NCBI GenBank assembly: GCA_030390025.1
Contig: CM059431.1
Span: 111,726,001 to 111,790,000, forward strand
Length of the DNA: 64,000 nucleotides
Direction: 5' to 3'
DNA from: Squalus acanthias
Taxonomy: Eukaryota
Shown: piece after piece, positions 1 through 13,436 of the stretch
Layout: each line of letters begins with the position of its first letter
Numbering within the stretch: the first letter of the stretch is position 1
Translations under genes and position numbers: made by a program
The notes under the pieces: model-generated
The model's input: only the letters and a program-made list of their open reading frames with translations
Told to the model about the DNA's origin: nothing
Databases searched by the model: none

Positions 1-314
1 CCTCCAGCCCTAAAACTCCCCCTGGAACGGTCTGTGCCTCTGACTCCGGCCTCTTGTGCTTCCCCCTCCTTTCATCAGACCACAAGAGGTCGTTCCTTCA
101 CTGCCTAGCTTCCACTCTCTGGAATTTCCTCTGTGTACCCCTCCACCTGTAAACCTCCTTTTCCTCCTTTATGAGCCTCTTTAAAATCCACCTCCCTGCC
201 CAAGCTTTTGGTCACTCCTCTTAATCTCGCTGTGCCTTTTTACTCACGCCTTTGTGGAAGATCTTGGGATGCCTTTCTACCTAAAAGGTGCTAAATAAAT
301 GCAAACTGTTGTTG
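1..314 (+). mobile_element. Degraded L2 LINE 3' end
   Basis: Similar to 48140-49094; ends GGTGCTAAATAAATGCAAACTGTTGTTG. Confidence 0.65.
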
Positions 315-3237
315 CCACAGATTGCAAGATCGTTTATCAAGTGACACTGATACGCCTAAATGATGACTACTTGGCTAGATTTTGTGTTCAATCCAGGATA
401 AGTCATCGATTTGTTATTCCGTCAGTAAAATCATTAAAGCCAAAAAAGGAGATAAAAATCCCCAGTGGACATGGTATGTTGTACCAGAGATTGGAAATCG
501 TAACTTGGACAATTCATCACATTTTTGTTCAGGTGAAACTTAATGACAGTGTACATATGCTGTAATTGAGAGACGAGCCTACTATTGCGCAACTTCACTG
601 CTGGCCAGAAGGTGTCAAGTCAACAAGTCTTATAAGGAGTAAATCCAATGCTCGATAAGTTGTACCGCATTCCAACAGCTGCCATTGCTCTTCAAGATTT
701 CAAACACTTCCTCCCCTCCCCGCCGCTGTACCTAGTCCTGGGAAATTTTCAACTGTGTTTGGTATACAAGCAGACAGGAGAGCTCTGTGCTCTCACCTGT
801 TCATTTGGTATTTAAAATGACAGAACTCTTTTCAGGATCGGGCTGTTGGAAGTGTGCACGTCGAGCAGAATCAGAGCTGTTCACACTTGAAGGTAGATAA
901 CAAATGTGGGTACATGTTTTTTTTTTCTTCAATGACATTTTCTTTGAGAGAAACTCCTGATAATGACACTGGAGATCAGCTGTCTGCTTCGTACAGTACC
1001 TTAGCAGGAAGGTGCAGTCTACGCGTATCAGATGGTTCAAAATTCTTGGTGATCTGCCTCATACTCTGAGTGCAAGGAAATACAAGCCGCCTTTGACAGT
1101 CCCGATATCTGTACCGAACACTACTACCTCTATTTATATCAAACTTGGAATATTACCACTTCTATCATTAACCTTTACCATGCCAACCACACATATAAGC
1201 CATAAGATTCCTACTATATATATATCTCTAGATTCCCAGTACTGGACTGTGTAGTCTTTTAAAAGAAGTAGACCGTGAGCATATCTGTGCAAGGCAGTCT
1301 TAAATTTCACTGAGAGACACAACGACTTTCTCAAGTCCGAACAATTGGACCTCAGCAAGACACCAGATTCAACCTCGAGTCCAGCAGCGGAATCCACTCT
1401 CACAACAAAAGAAATCTGCACCCTACATTTCATTAATTGTAGATTCTACAGTTCAGCGGGCTCAGACATTGTCTGGGAATGTAAGGTCAAAACTGTAGAG
1501 GACTGAGGGCCGTTCCCACACAGTAATTTCAAGACAGTAGGGATCACAGCCCGAAATGGATCAATGACTTTCCAACACAATGGGTGTGAGGAGTGTATCG
1601 ATTATCAAGACAAGCTAACAAATTGCTTATCTCTTGCGGGGGGCGGGGAGGGGGGTGGAAACAACCTCTATCATTATACTAACCATCTTTGCTCTATGTG
1701 CACTTTTTTTTTAATTGAGAGAATACATTTTGCTTTAAAAAAAAAACAAAGTAACTCTTCTTCCAAATCTTTTCTGTGGAAAAATGGTCAAAATGTCAAA
1801 ACAGGACATCCACAATTCCCCACTGCATGAGCGCTCAATGCTTGCTGAGTCCCACTGAGTCCTGCAGAAGTCGAGCACCTCACCAAAGGGACGGGAGGAA
1901 AAAAAGTGACAGACAAGGCTCTTGTTCAACTTATCCACATTTTAAAAGCCGGTTATAGAGACAATGGCAGAGACCAAAAAAGAGTGGTGGAAATAAACAG
2001 CTACACGGGGGCCTGGGTTTGTGTCGTGTTGCACAAAACATTTGTCCTGAACAAAAGTGTAACGTGTGATAAAGGAGATTTTCCAAAACCTGTCCGTATT
2101 GCGCAAAACCTCCTAAAATTGAGATGGCCGAGCAGTCGCACTTGGAGCCACCACAAGGATGGCTGAGGTGCGGAATAGTGTGGTACTGAATGCTCTTCTG
2201 GTGTAGAGCTGAGACACAGTAACAAGGAGTGCTCGATGCTGTTTTGGACCCTAAACCTTTCTTAGTACAGGTGTCCCTTTCCACAATTAAAAATAAAACA
2301 TCAAAAATACAAAGGTTGTGGGAAATAGCAAACAGAGAGATGGGGAGGTATGGAATGATTTATAGAAACATGGTAATCATTGAAAGAACTTTCTGCTTTT
2401 TGAGAGTGCAGCCTTGCGACTTCTTATTCTGTACCTGCCGAGTCCAGCTGGGTCTCGACAATCAAGCAGCGGAGAACACTTTGATCGGAACAATTCTATT
2501 GGGTTGAACGCATTGCTTTACTGATAGAGTAAGTCCCAGTGTACTAGGTCAAATGTTTAACACAATTCCTCGCACAGTTTCTGATTTCCACTCTACCCTC
2601 CAGTAGAACAGTGGTAGAGACTGGGCACTTCCTGACAACAGAACCAGGCCAGGCCAGGCTGCACAGACACTCCTCCTAAGTGGCATTTTTAGACCAGCAT
2701 TAGCAGTCCTCTACCTGCCTTTGTAACGTGGAAATACTTCAAGGTGTGGGGGGAGGAGACATAAAGGGGATGAAAAAAATCATGCCAGGAATACTAATCG
2801 CATCCAAAGTATTGCAAGACGTTTAAATTCACCCTTGTCCTTTAACCTGTCCAACAGTTTCCAAAGTTCAGACCCGTCGAACAGACAACACAAAACCCAA
2901 TGAATCTGTGAAAAACTTCTTTTACTTAAAATCAGCTAGAGATTACAAGTAAGCATCCGACAGTTATGTTGCGTATAATAATTCCCAATAATACCTCAGC
3001 ATTCACAGAGCTATCCCTTTACTTTAAGATCAAGCGATAATAAGCCAACTCTACAGACGTACTAACACCAGCGAGTGGTCAATCCGGCAGTGACCAGGCG
3101 TATGATTTCTGGCAACTGACCAGGTCGCCCGGCTGCAGCCGCCCCGAGTGTCTTAAAACAGCATCTCTTATACCCTGAAAACCTGGGCGGGCCCTTCAAT
3201 GCGTACGTGTCCCGAACGGTCGGCAGTTGTTTTCATT

Positions 3238-3545
3238 ACATAAATTTAAAACAGAAATAGACAGTTTCCTAGAAGTAAAGGGAATTAAGGGTTACGGAGA
3301 GCGGGCAGGAATTTGGACATGAGTCTAGGTTCGGATCGGTCATGGCCCTGTGGGTAGCGTAGCGGGCCCAGGGGCCGTGTAGCCTGATCCTGCTCCTATT
3401 TCATGTGTCCAATTCTGTTAGGTTCAGGAGATGGTTCTGTGATAGTAGATTGGCGGTTAGGATCAGATCAGCCATGATCTTATTGAATGGCGGAGCAGGC
3501 TCGAGGGGCCAATTGGCCTACTCCTGCTCCTATTTCTTATGTTCC
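3238..3545 (+). mobile_element. CR1 3' end, same subfamily as the 40395 element
   Basis: Matches 43210-43485, including the doubled 3' UTR module. Confidence 0.85.
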
Positions 3546-4805
3546 TTTTCTTCTTATCACCAAGTCAGTTAATCAGTGGGCCCCAAGGCCGTTCACACCA
3601 TTTGCCTGAAGATGTTCCTGTCTTTGTAACGCCCAGCAGTTTGTTCCTGCTCAGGGTCTGTCGCTTCCTTATCTGATTAACAGCTTGCAGCCTTCACAGT
3701 TCACAGTCCCAGCAGTTTATTTTACATTTGTTCAGCAGAAAATGTCTCTTGGCCTCAAGGAATGCTGGTACATTAAATCTGGTCAACTTTTAAGTTTGGT
3801 CAAGTTACAGCAAACTTTTACAGTAAATGATGTATTCTTACAGTATGCACACCCCAATTCAAATCTGGCTCCAACAAAACAGATTTAAATCAATTAGATC
3901 ATAAGCTCTAGTCCTAGACGGTGGAATACAAATTCAAAAGCATTTTCTAATTGCTACAATTAGATTTGTTCCTTGAATGTTTTTTGGCATTCAATTTGTA
4001 CTAACGTAAATGCTTTCATCTATTTTGAAGATGAACCAAGTTTTCAGAACAATCGCAGAATCAGGCTGCATCATAATCTCTTTGAGTGCTTAAAGATCTC
4101 CATTACTGCCCAAACGCAAAAAGAAATGGATATCAGGATGTTCGCAGCACAGTCCGCATCATAGCAACTGATGGCAGCCTTAAAATCGCTGACAAACCAA
4201 CAAAGTAAATGGGGTAACACTAGCGCTACCAGAGGCAGTGCACACCAACAAAGAAGGTGGTTCTAGCCACTAGCACCATCTTTGACAGCAACGTAAATGT
4301 ACAGCAGCTACCGATGGAGACAGAGACAACCATGTTTTTTGTTGTTGCTGACAGGGTGAGCAGCTGAGACACTCAGGCCTGCCCCCTACAGGCCAGTGAA
4401 GCCGCTTCGCTGTCACAATGAGCCTTCAGGAAGTAATTTAGGAGAACAGCGGGCCCATGGAAATAGTTGTAAACAGCAACGTTAAAACAATTCAACATGC
4501 TTTCTGACCAATGTTCTCCTCCCGTCTCTCTCTTTAAGACGCTGACACGGAGTATAAAAGTAGGGAAGTCTAGCTGATTTTTAACGTTTCCTGGTATCAA
4601 GACCAATTGTAATGACCTGATCAGCACCCTGGTAAAGATCAGACAGGAACATAATCAAACCAGGAACCTTCAAAGGCCTGTATGCCTCAGTGCTATACCA
4701 GGCAGTGTCTTTTCCCACTAGGCCCTTGCTAATCTTGCACATTTGTTTTAATATAGATCTAAATCTATGTTCTGCAAATCTGCAGCATAATCATCCACAT
4801 GCATG

Positions 4806-4997
4806 TGTCCTGGCCAATATTTATCCGTCAACCATCAACACTAAGACAGATTATCTGGTCATTATCATATTGCTGTTTGTGGGACCTTGCTGTGCGCAAA
4901 TTGGCCACTGCGTTTCCTATGTTACAACAGTGACTAACACTTCAAAAAGTTCTTCATTGGCTGTAAAGCGTTTCAAGACATCCTGAGGTCGTGAAAT
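4806..4997 (+). mobile_element. Same SINE family, 3' half
   Basis: Core and tail homology. Further scraps at 10162-10232 and 22700-22800. Confidence 0.78.
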
Positions 4998-5061
4998 GTT
5001 TTCCAAAATGAACTGCATTCTTAAGAGTGAATACCCATGCTGTTCCCCTCGTTTCATCCTT

Positions 5062-5665
5062 CAACAACAACAACAACTTGTATTTATATAGCACCTATAA
5101 TGTAGTAAAACATCCCATGGCGCTTTACAGGAGCGTTATAAAACAAAATTTGACACCGAGCCACATAAGGAGGTATTAGGGCAGATGACCAAAAGCTTGG
5201 TCAAAGAGGTAAGTTTTAAGGAATGTCTTAAAGGAGGAAAGAGAGGTAGCGAGGTGGAGAGGTTTAGGCAGGGAATTCCAGAGCTTAGGGCCTCAGCAGC
5301 TGAAGGCACGGCCACCAATGGTGAAGCGATTAAAATTGGGGATGCTCTAGAGGGCAGAATTAGAGGAGCGCAGAGAGCAACTCGGGGGGTTGTAGGGCTG
5401 AAGGAGATTACAGAGATAGGGAGGGGCGAGGCCATGGAGGGATTTGAAAACAAGGATGAGAATTTTAAAATCGAGACATTGCTTAACCGGGAGCCAATGT
5501 AGATCAGCGAGCACAGGGGTGATGGGTGAACGAGACTTGGTGCGCGCTCGGATACGGGCAGCAGAATTTGGTTGACCTCAAGTTTACAGAGGGTAGAATG
5601 TGGGAGGCCAGCCAGAGGTGCGTTGGAATAGTCAAGTCTGGAGGTAACAAAGACATGGATGAGGG
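5062..5665 (-). mobile_element. L2 LINE 3' fragment
   Basis: LIHVFVTSRLDYSNAPLAGLP (L2 RLDY motif) and a (CAA)n tail. Confidence 0.85.
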
Positions 5666-6084
5666 TATACCCGTGTACCTCCTGGAGACAGTTGCAGCTG
5701 TACCAGATGGGACTCTTCAATCCTGCTTCCAACAACTTCCAAGTCATCAAGTTGCCCTTTCTCACACAATATTTACCAGTCACAAACACTGCACCTTTTC
5801 TTTTGCCTACTCTGTTGTACTTGGCTTTAAGTGACTTGGTGAATCAGACTCCAAGCTCCAGAGAACTCAGATAACCCCAGGGAACTGATCCGATAATCAT
5901 TTAAGAATTCTATGCTCACCTCCCAGTGTGCAATCAGTTAACAAGTGAGGAAACCATTAACCAGTGAGGTTAGCATAACAGAATAAATAATTACTGTACC
6001 ATTCTACAGTTCTAAGAAAAGCATCACATCACGAATGCTACTGAAAGTCCCTACCTCTACCAGATACAGCTAGCATTAATCTAT

Positions 6085-6418
6085 TGTACGTAAGACACCA
6101 AATAGCAAATTCTATCCTCCTGCTGAGTGGGCTGCCTATGGAACCTTCCACTACGCAGCCCAATAAACTTGGAATTGGGACATTGCTATTGACATGAATC
6201 TTGTCATTCACGTGGAAATGACTTATGAAGTAATACTGGGCGGCCTGCTGGTGGCGCTGTCCAGGGAGAGTATAAATACTCGGGCATGGGCCCAGCTTGC
6301 TCAGGACATTCCTTAACAGGAACTAGTGAAGGACACAACTAGATCTCCATGTTGAAAAACAGTTGATTAAAGCTTTGTTTAATGCTTAGACCAAGTGCCT
6401 AGTAGTTTTCTTACGTCA
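6085..6418 (+). mobile_element. Probable solo LTR
   Basis: TG...CA ends with inverted repeat TGTACGTAAGA / TCTTACGTCA, TATAAATA at 6271, ATTAAA at 6366, flanks TCTAT/GCTAT (4 of 5 match). Confidence 0.6.
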
Positions 6419-6933
6419 GCTATCATTAATTTTTTGAGTGTGAATGTCACTGTCACACACAGGAGGTCCGAGGGACAGGGAAAGAAGGAAAGAATGAACC
6501 TCCCAAAACACTTTGCAGCGACTCATTATCTTGAAGTGTTATGCAGGTAAATATGGCAGCTAATTTGTCCACACCAAGAACACACAAATTGCTCAGAAGA
6601 TATGGAGCATAGAGCAACCAGGAGGAAACCTAGATGGCATAATTAGAGGAAAACTTGGGGGACATGGAGTGAGCGGAAGGGAGCAGACAGGAGGGGAAAT
6701 CTCACAGATATCGAACGGATGGAGGGAGACGTATCAGGTGCAGGGAAGGGAATTTTTCAGGCATAAATGCAAAGCAATCAGTGGATGGAAGAATGACAGA
6801 GAAATGGAGAAAGAAACCAAAAACCTGAAGAAGGGATCACAGCAGGAGAGAAAGTGAAAGAAAACCAAATCAAAAGCAAATAGGGATAAATGTTCTTGCT
6901 CATCGGAATGGGAATTAAAGAATCACCTGCAAA

Positions 6934-6989
6934 ACACACACACACACACACAGATATACACACACACACACACATACACACACACACAG

Positions 6990-7034
<45 letters not shown>

Positions 7035-7043
7035 GACACACAC
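6934..7043. repeat. Interrupted (CA)n microsatellite
   Basis: Direct observation. Confidence 0.95.
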
Positions 7044-7723
7044 AGGTTTATGGTACAAGTGCAAAATAGCTTTCTCAACACTGATGGACCATTGTTTGAG
7101 TGGTTCTCCAGTCTTCACGCTGCATTCATTCTTGTACTGTCTCTGAAACTCAGTGATACGCTAATTAATGACCAGAAAATCGGAGGCCCCCTGAATTGGG
7201 TGCACTGACCACCACACTCCCGTCGAGCGAGATTCCGCATTGGGAGCGGAGTCCATGAAAATTTATCCCATAGATTGGCAAGCAGGGTGACTGTCAGTAG
7301 TCTGACGAGAAGAGCAGCTTTGTCAACACAGGGTAGAAGTTGAAATGGACATTTAGCACCAGTAAAAGTGGACAAACATGGAGCTGTATATTTCAAAGTA
7401 TTCATGCATCAAACTAGATCACATTGTTATGGCAAAGTGGCTGATTTGCACCCTTAATGAGTTTCACTGAGCATGTTTGGAAGATGGGCAGGCATCGCCC
7501 CACAAGACATACAACTTGAATGGCATTCTGCCTCCTCGTGCTTCTCCTGGCATTTGGCGAAGATTGGCCAAACTGTGAGTAGACCACTAAGCTCATCACC
7601 TTGACCTCAGAGGATCCATGACTCAGATGGAGACTGCACGAGGGGAGAAAATAGCATGAAGAAACTGGATGCATACTTTCTTTATTTACAACTCTAAAGT
7701 GCCTTGGAATGTTTTTCTTGAGA

Positions 7724-8153
7724 TGATTACACAAACTAGGGCTGTATTCCCTGGAATTTAGAAGGTTGAGGGGTGATTTGATCAAAGTTTACAAGATATT
7801 AAGGAGAACTGATAGGGTGGATAGAGAGAAACTATTTCTGCTGGTTGGGGAGTCTAGGACGGGGGCATAGTCTAAAAATTAGAGCCAGACCTTTCAGGAG
7901 TGAAGTTAGGAAACACTTCTACACACAAAGGGTGGTAGAAGTTTGGAACTCTCTTCCGCAAACGGCAGTTGATGCTAGATCAAATGTTAATTTTAAATCT
8001 AAGATTGATAGATTTTTGTTAACCAAAGGTATTAAGGGATATAGGGCAAAGGTGGGTATGTGGAGTTAGGTCGCATATTAGCAATTATCTCATTGAATGG
8101 CAGAACAGGCACAAAGGGCTAAATGGCCTACTCCTGTTCCTATGTTCTATGTT
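7724..8153 (+). mobile_element. CR1 3' fragment
   Basis: RGHSLKIR...FYTQRVVEVWNSLP, 3' UTR and CTATGTT tail. Confidence 0.85.
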
Positions 8154-8422
8154 AAAGCTGCAATGTAAATGCAAGTTGTTGTTGTAGCAGTAATGACATT
8201 GTACGTAAGTAACATAATTATGTTTTGGCAAAACAATGACCTTCATAATCGCATGAATCATGTATTCACAACAAAATTATGTTGTGTGATTTGCCTTACA
8301 AGTTTGGTAACATTCCCTTTCCTAATAACTTTGATGAGGAGATAATGACCTGTGAGACTGAGTCCAGTACATAGACAGCAGACAGGTACAGTGGGGTGGA
8401 TCATCAACAACAACTTGTATCA

Positions 8423-9240
8423 GGGAACACGCCCCGACTCCGGGATCGGAGAACACGCCCCGACTCCGGGTTCGGAGAACACGCCCCGACTCCGGGATCG
8501 GAGAACACGCCCCGACTCCGGGATCGGAGAACACGCCCCGACTCCGGGATCGGAGAACACGCCCCGACTCCGGGATCGGAGAACACGCCCCGACTCCGGG
8601 ATCGGAGAACACGCCCCGACTCCGGGATCGGAGAACACGCCCCGACTCCGGGATCGGAGAACACGCCCCGACTCCGGGATCGGAGAACACGCCCCGACTC
8701 CGGGATCGGAGAACACGCCCCGACTCCGGGATCGGAGAACACGCCCCGACTCCGGGATCGGAGAACACGCCCCGACTCCGGGATCGGAGAACACGCCCCG
8801 ACTCCGGGATCGGAGAACACGCCCCGACTCCGGGATCGGAGAACACGCCCCGACTCCGGGATCGGAGAACACGCCCCGACTCCGGGATCGGAGAACACGC
8901 CCCGACTCCGGGATCGGAGAACACGCCCCGACTCCGGGATCGGAGAACACGCCCCGACTCCGGGATCGGAGAACACGCCCCGACTCCGGGATCGGAGAAC
9001 ACGCCCCGACTCCGGGATCGGAGAACACGCCCCGACTCCGGGATCGGAGAACACGCCCCGACTCCGGGATCGGAGAACACGCCCCGACTCCGGGATCGGA
9101 GAACACGCCCCGACTCCGGGATCGGAGAACACGCCCCGACTCCGGGATCGGAGAACACGCCCCGACTCCGGGATCGGAGAACACGCCCCGACTCCGGGAT
9201 CGGAGAACACGCCCCGACTCCGGGATCAGAGGAGAACACG
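8423..9240. repeat. 26-bp minisatellite (GAGAACACGCCCCGACTCCGGGATCG) x ~31
   Basis: Direct tandem units, nearly invariant, no spacers. Confidence 0.97.
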
Positions 9241-10075
9241 TCCCAACATCAATAAGCGCTCACTGCATTGTGACTCAGAAAGAATGAAGCTCTATGTCCA
9301 GGCTTTTAATGATCCATCTCCAATACATACACATGCATGTATATAGTATAACTGTATAATTAGCTCCTATAACAATAGTGGGCCATTGTGTAAAGGTCCT
9401 TCAGCCTCCGTCCTCAACTGTCTCCGAGTCCATGATGCACTAATTACTGCCATTTGTCTATAGTCTTCAGCTTACGAGTTGTAAGGTAGTGATCAAAGCA
9501 GCTTTGATACATCCCAGCTGATGAAAGCGAGAAGGGCTTGCTGCATGCACAGCTCAGTGGAGCCGCACATACACCAGATTGATTTGTAGCTTTTAAGCAT
9601 GATGTCACCCGGGTCCCTTTGGCTCTCAGGAATCTGTATTCATTTAAAAGCTATTGTACGCTCTCCGCCTAATGCCCAGGAAACCTGAGCTGTGATTAAC
9701 TCTCATACAGGACTCGAAAAAAACACTCTAAAAATAAGCATGAAATCACCAGCAAGTAGACACTGAATACAGCCAGCCCCACAGACCTGCAAATCTTAAA
9801 CATGGCCGTGGCAAATGACCAATATAACCAAATATTACCACATCTGCAAGCCTGCAAATATTTCTCCATGGTTGGTGGACTGAATACATAATTCAACTCT
9901 TTCTGTGCGGCCAGGTAGGGCAGAGGGTAGTCATTTAAAATGCGCACTGTCTTTGATCGGTGAAAGGGGATCATGATGCTTTGACCCATCACCCAGTTTC
10001 CAAATGCCTCAACGTACTCTGCATGTTCTGGTTGTGTGAAGTTCCAGATACAGTGTAAGTGATGTTCTGATACGT

Positions 10076-10103
10076 GGGGGGGGGGGGGGGGGGGGGGGGG
10101 GGG
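10076..10103. repeat. Poly-G tract (28 nt)
   Basis: Direct observation. Confidence 0.9.
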
Positions 10104-10781
10104 AAGCACAAAACAAAAAGAGCAGCAAGGAAATTGTGCATCTAAGGTTCTCTTTCTCCTCACTTGTACTTCATTGGCTGTAAAGCACTTTGGGACGTCC
10201 TGAGGTCGTGAAAAGCGCTATATAAATGCAAGTTAATCTTCCCGTCTCCCCTACCCAACAAAGAAGTACCAGACTGCATCCTTACTCATTAAGATGCCTG
10301 CACAGATGTACAGCTTTTCCGCTCTGCTGCTGTCCATTCTTGAAGTCAGCCCAAAGGCAGGTCTTAGGTTGGGTTTAGCACACAAATTAAATGCCAAACA
10401 TCTGCTGCAATTGTTTATAAAACAAAACACAGATTTTTTATTTCTAAAAGGTACCTTTAAAAAGGCTTTTTTTCTGCTTGATTTTTGCCAGGCCGTGACT
10501 GAAGTTTACTAAGATTTGATTTGTTTAAAATGTGATTTTGAAGAACTTACACTGCAACGATAACAGATTTTAGCCTGTGTTGCTTGTACCTAGGCTGATC
10601 TGGAATATGTAATAACGGAACAGGGAAGATCAAGGACAATGATTCCAAGTGAAAGAAGATGAATTATTACATAGTGTTTACAGCACAGAAACAGGCCATT
10701 CGGCTCAACTGGTCTATGCCGGTGATAATGCTCCACACGAGCCTCCTCCCTCCCCTCTTCATCTAACCCTATTTGCGTATG

Positions 10782-11840
10782 TGGTAAATGGCTGTTTTTC
10801 AGACTGGAGGATGGTAGACAGTGGTGTTCCCCAAGGGTCAGTGCTGGGGCCACTACTTTTTTTTAATATATATATATATATATAAATAAATGACCTGGAT
10901 ATTGGAATACAGAGTAGAATTTCTAAATTTGCCGGTGACACCAAACTTGGGGGTGTGGCAAACGGTGAGGATGATACCAACCGACTGCAACAGGACATAG
11001 AAAGGCTAGCAGAATGGGCAGACAAGTGGCAGATGGAATTTAATACAGAGAAGTGTGAGGTGATGCATTTTGGAAAAAGGAACAGGGAGAGGCAATATAC
11101 ACTTAATAGCACAGCTTTAACGAGTGTGCAGGGACAGGGGGACCTGGGAGTTAATGTGCATAGGTCCCTGAAGGTGGCAGGATATATTGAGAGAGTGGTT
11201 AGCAAAGCATATGGGATCTTGGGCTTCATAAATAGAGGTATTGAGTACAAAAGTAGATAAGTTATGCTGAACCTTTATAAAGCGCTGGTTAGGCCACAAC
11301 TGGAGCATTGCGTCCAGTTCTGGTCACCACACTTTAGGAAGGATGTGAAGGCCCTTGAAAGGGTGCAGAGGAGATTTACCAGAATGGTTCCGGGGATGGG
11401 GGATCTTAGCTACAAGCACAGGTTGGAGAAGCTGGATTTGTTTTCATTAGAGCAAAGGAGGTTGAGGTGTGATTTGATAGAGGTGTACAAGATTATGACG
11501 GGTTTGGATAGGCTAGACGGGGAAAGGCTGTTCCCACTAATTGATGGTACAAGGACTAGGGGACACAGATTTAAGGTTTTGGGCAAGAGATACAGGGGGG
11601 ATGTGAGGAAAAACTTTTTTACGCAGCGAGTGGTGAGGACCTGGAACTCGCTGCTGACGGAAGTGGTGGAAGCGGAGACACTCAAATGTTTTCAAGGGGA
11701 GACTGAATAGGCACTTGAGGGAAATAAACTTGCAGGGCTACGGGGATAGAGCAGGGGAATGGGAATGACTGGATTGCTCTACAGAGAGCTGGCACGGACT
11801 CGATGGGCCGAATGGCCTCCTTCTGTGCCGCTGTGACTCT
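10782..11840 (+). mobile_element. CR1 3' fragment (RT to 3' UTR), disrupted
   Basis: [35 protein letters not shown]. Stops, plus an (AT)n insertion at ~10866-10885. Preceded by a short minus-strand CR1-type tail at 10669-10770. Confidence 0.88.
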
Positions 11841-11842
11841 CT

Positions 11843-12285
11843 GGGCTGGATTTTGAATGACCCGTGGAGTCGGGTTTGGAGGCGTGTGGGGGGTTAAAGT
11901 TGCGGGGTCAGGGGTCCCGACCCCATCACGACTCCATCCCGCCTCCACGCAATTTTGACAAAATCGGTCGCGAGGTTCCCGACTCCGTTCCGCCTCCAAG
12001 AGGCAGGAGAGGCCATTAAAGCCCTTAACAAGCCCTAAATTGGCTCTGTAATGCCATTTTGAAACGTTTTAGCTAGTTTAACCCTTTTCTGACGTGAAGC
12101 ACGCCTGATGTGAAACACTCCAGTGAAACCTGGCGGGAGCACAAGTGGATAGCTGACTATCAGCTGCAGGTCCACTATTACAGCGGAGATGTGATGAAGG
12201 TAGTAGTAGTATTAGGTGTGAGCTGCTGCACTGAATGTCTTCAGAGACTGCCTGGCCTTGCTGTGAGAGGACTGGATGGAAAAAA

Positions 12286-12316
<31 letters not shown>

Positions 12317-12602
12317 TTTGCCTCACAGCAAAAGCCAGGCAGGTCCTCTCTCACCAACAACCAGGTAGTCTGTGAGACCAGGCAGGCAGTCTCTGACCTG
12401 CAATGCAGCAGCAATGATGACATCATCAGAGGCGACTTTCAGACTGAAACCACTAATTAGTTCATGGGTTCCCACATGCTGGAACTCAATTGCCCAATTA
12501 AGTGAAAATTGCATCATTCATCCACATTAATCTGGAGTCGGGGGGGGAACACAAAATGCGGATGACACAACCCCAACCCGACCCCAAGACAAAATCCAGC
12601 CC
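11843..12602. mobile_element. Non-autonomous Harbinger-type element family C
   Basis: Perfect 13-bp TIR GGGCTGGATTTTG / CAAAATCCAGCCC, matching the left end of the 26293 Harbinger. Splits a CR1 (TGACTCTA)n tail. Confidence 0.8.
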
Positions 12603-12609
12603 TATGACT

Positions 12610-12830
12610 CTATATCCTCTTATTCCTTTCTCCCTCATGTACTTAACTAGCTTCCCCTTAAATGTATCTATGGTGTTCGCCTCAACTACTCCATCTGTAG
12701 TGAGTTTCACATTCTAACCACTCTCTGGGTAAGTTTCTCATGAATTTTTTATTGGATTTATTAATGACTATCTTCTATTTATGGCCCCAAGTTTTGAACT
12801 CTTCCCACAAGTAAAATCATCTCTTCTACT
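12610..12830 (-). mobile_element. Degraded CR1 3' fragment
   Basis: VVEANTIDTFKGKLVKYMREKGIRGY on the minus strand. Confidence 0.65.
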
Positions 12831-13070
12831 TCTTATTTCTGTAGGAGAGATTAGAGAAATTTACGGTCTACAATCTGGAAAGAAGGTGGTTAGGGGAAGG
12901 CCTTGAGATGTAGGAAATATTAAATGATGAAAAATATGATGAACCCAGATTATAAATAAGTGGAAAGTACATTTAAAATAAATACATTCGGAAGAATTTC
13001 ATAATTCAAAAGCTGATAAATGTTTGGAATAATCTGCCGGTCTGGGTTGTAGAGATAAAAGAAAGCAGAA

Positions 13071-13436
13071 AGCACCTTTCACCACCTCAGGATGTCCCAA
13101 AGCGCTTTACAGCCAATGAAGTACTTTTGAAGTGGAGTCACTGTTGTAATGTGGGAAACGTGGCAGCCAATTTGCGCACAGCAAGCTCCCACAAACAGCA
13201 ATGTGATAATGACCAGATCATCTGTTTTATTGATGTTGGTTGAGGGATAAATACTGAGCAGGACACCGGGGATATCTCCCCTGCTCTTCTTCGAAATATT
13301 GGATCTTATACATCCAACCGTGGGGGCAGACGTAGCTCGATTTAATGCCTCATCCGAAAGACAGCCCTGCCGACAGTGCAGCACTCCCTCAGCACTGCAC
13401 TGAAGTGTCAGCCTGCATTTGGTCTCTGGAGTGGTC
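13071..13436 (-). mobile_element. Same SINE family, partial
   Basis: Core and tail homology. Confidence 0.8.

Noticed and set aside
8423..9240. CRISPR-like array or 250-316 aa repeat proteins
   Set aside because: Units are contiguous with no unique spacers, there are no cas genes, and the context is vertebrate. The ORFs arise because the 26-mer lacks stops in all frames.
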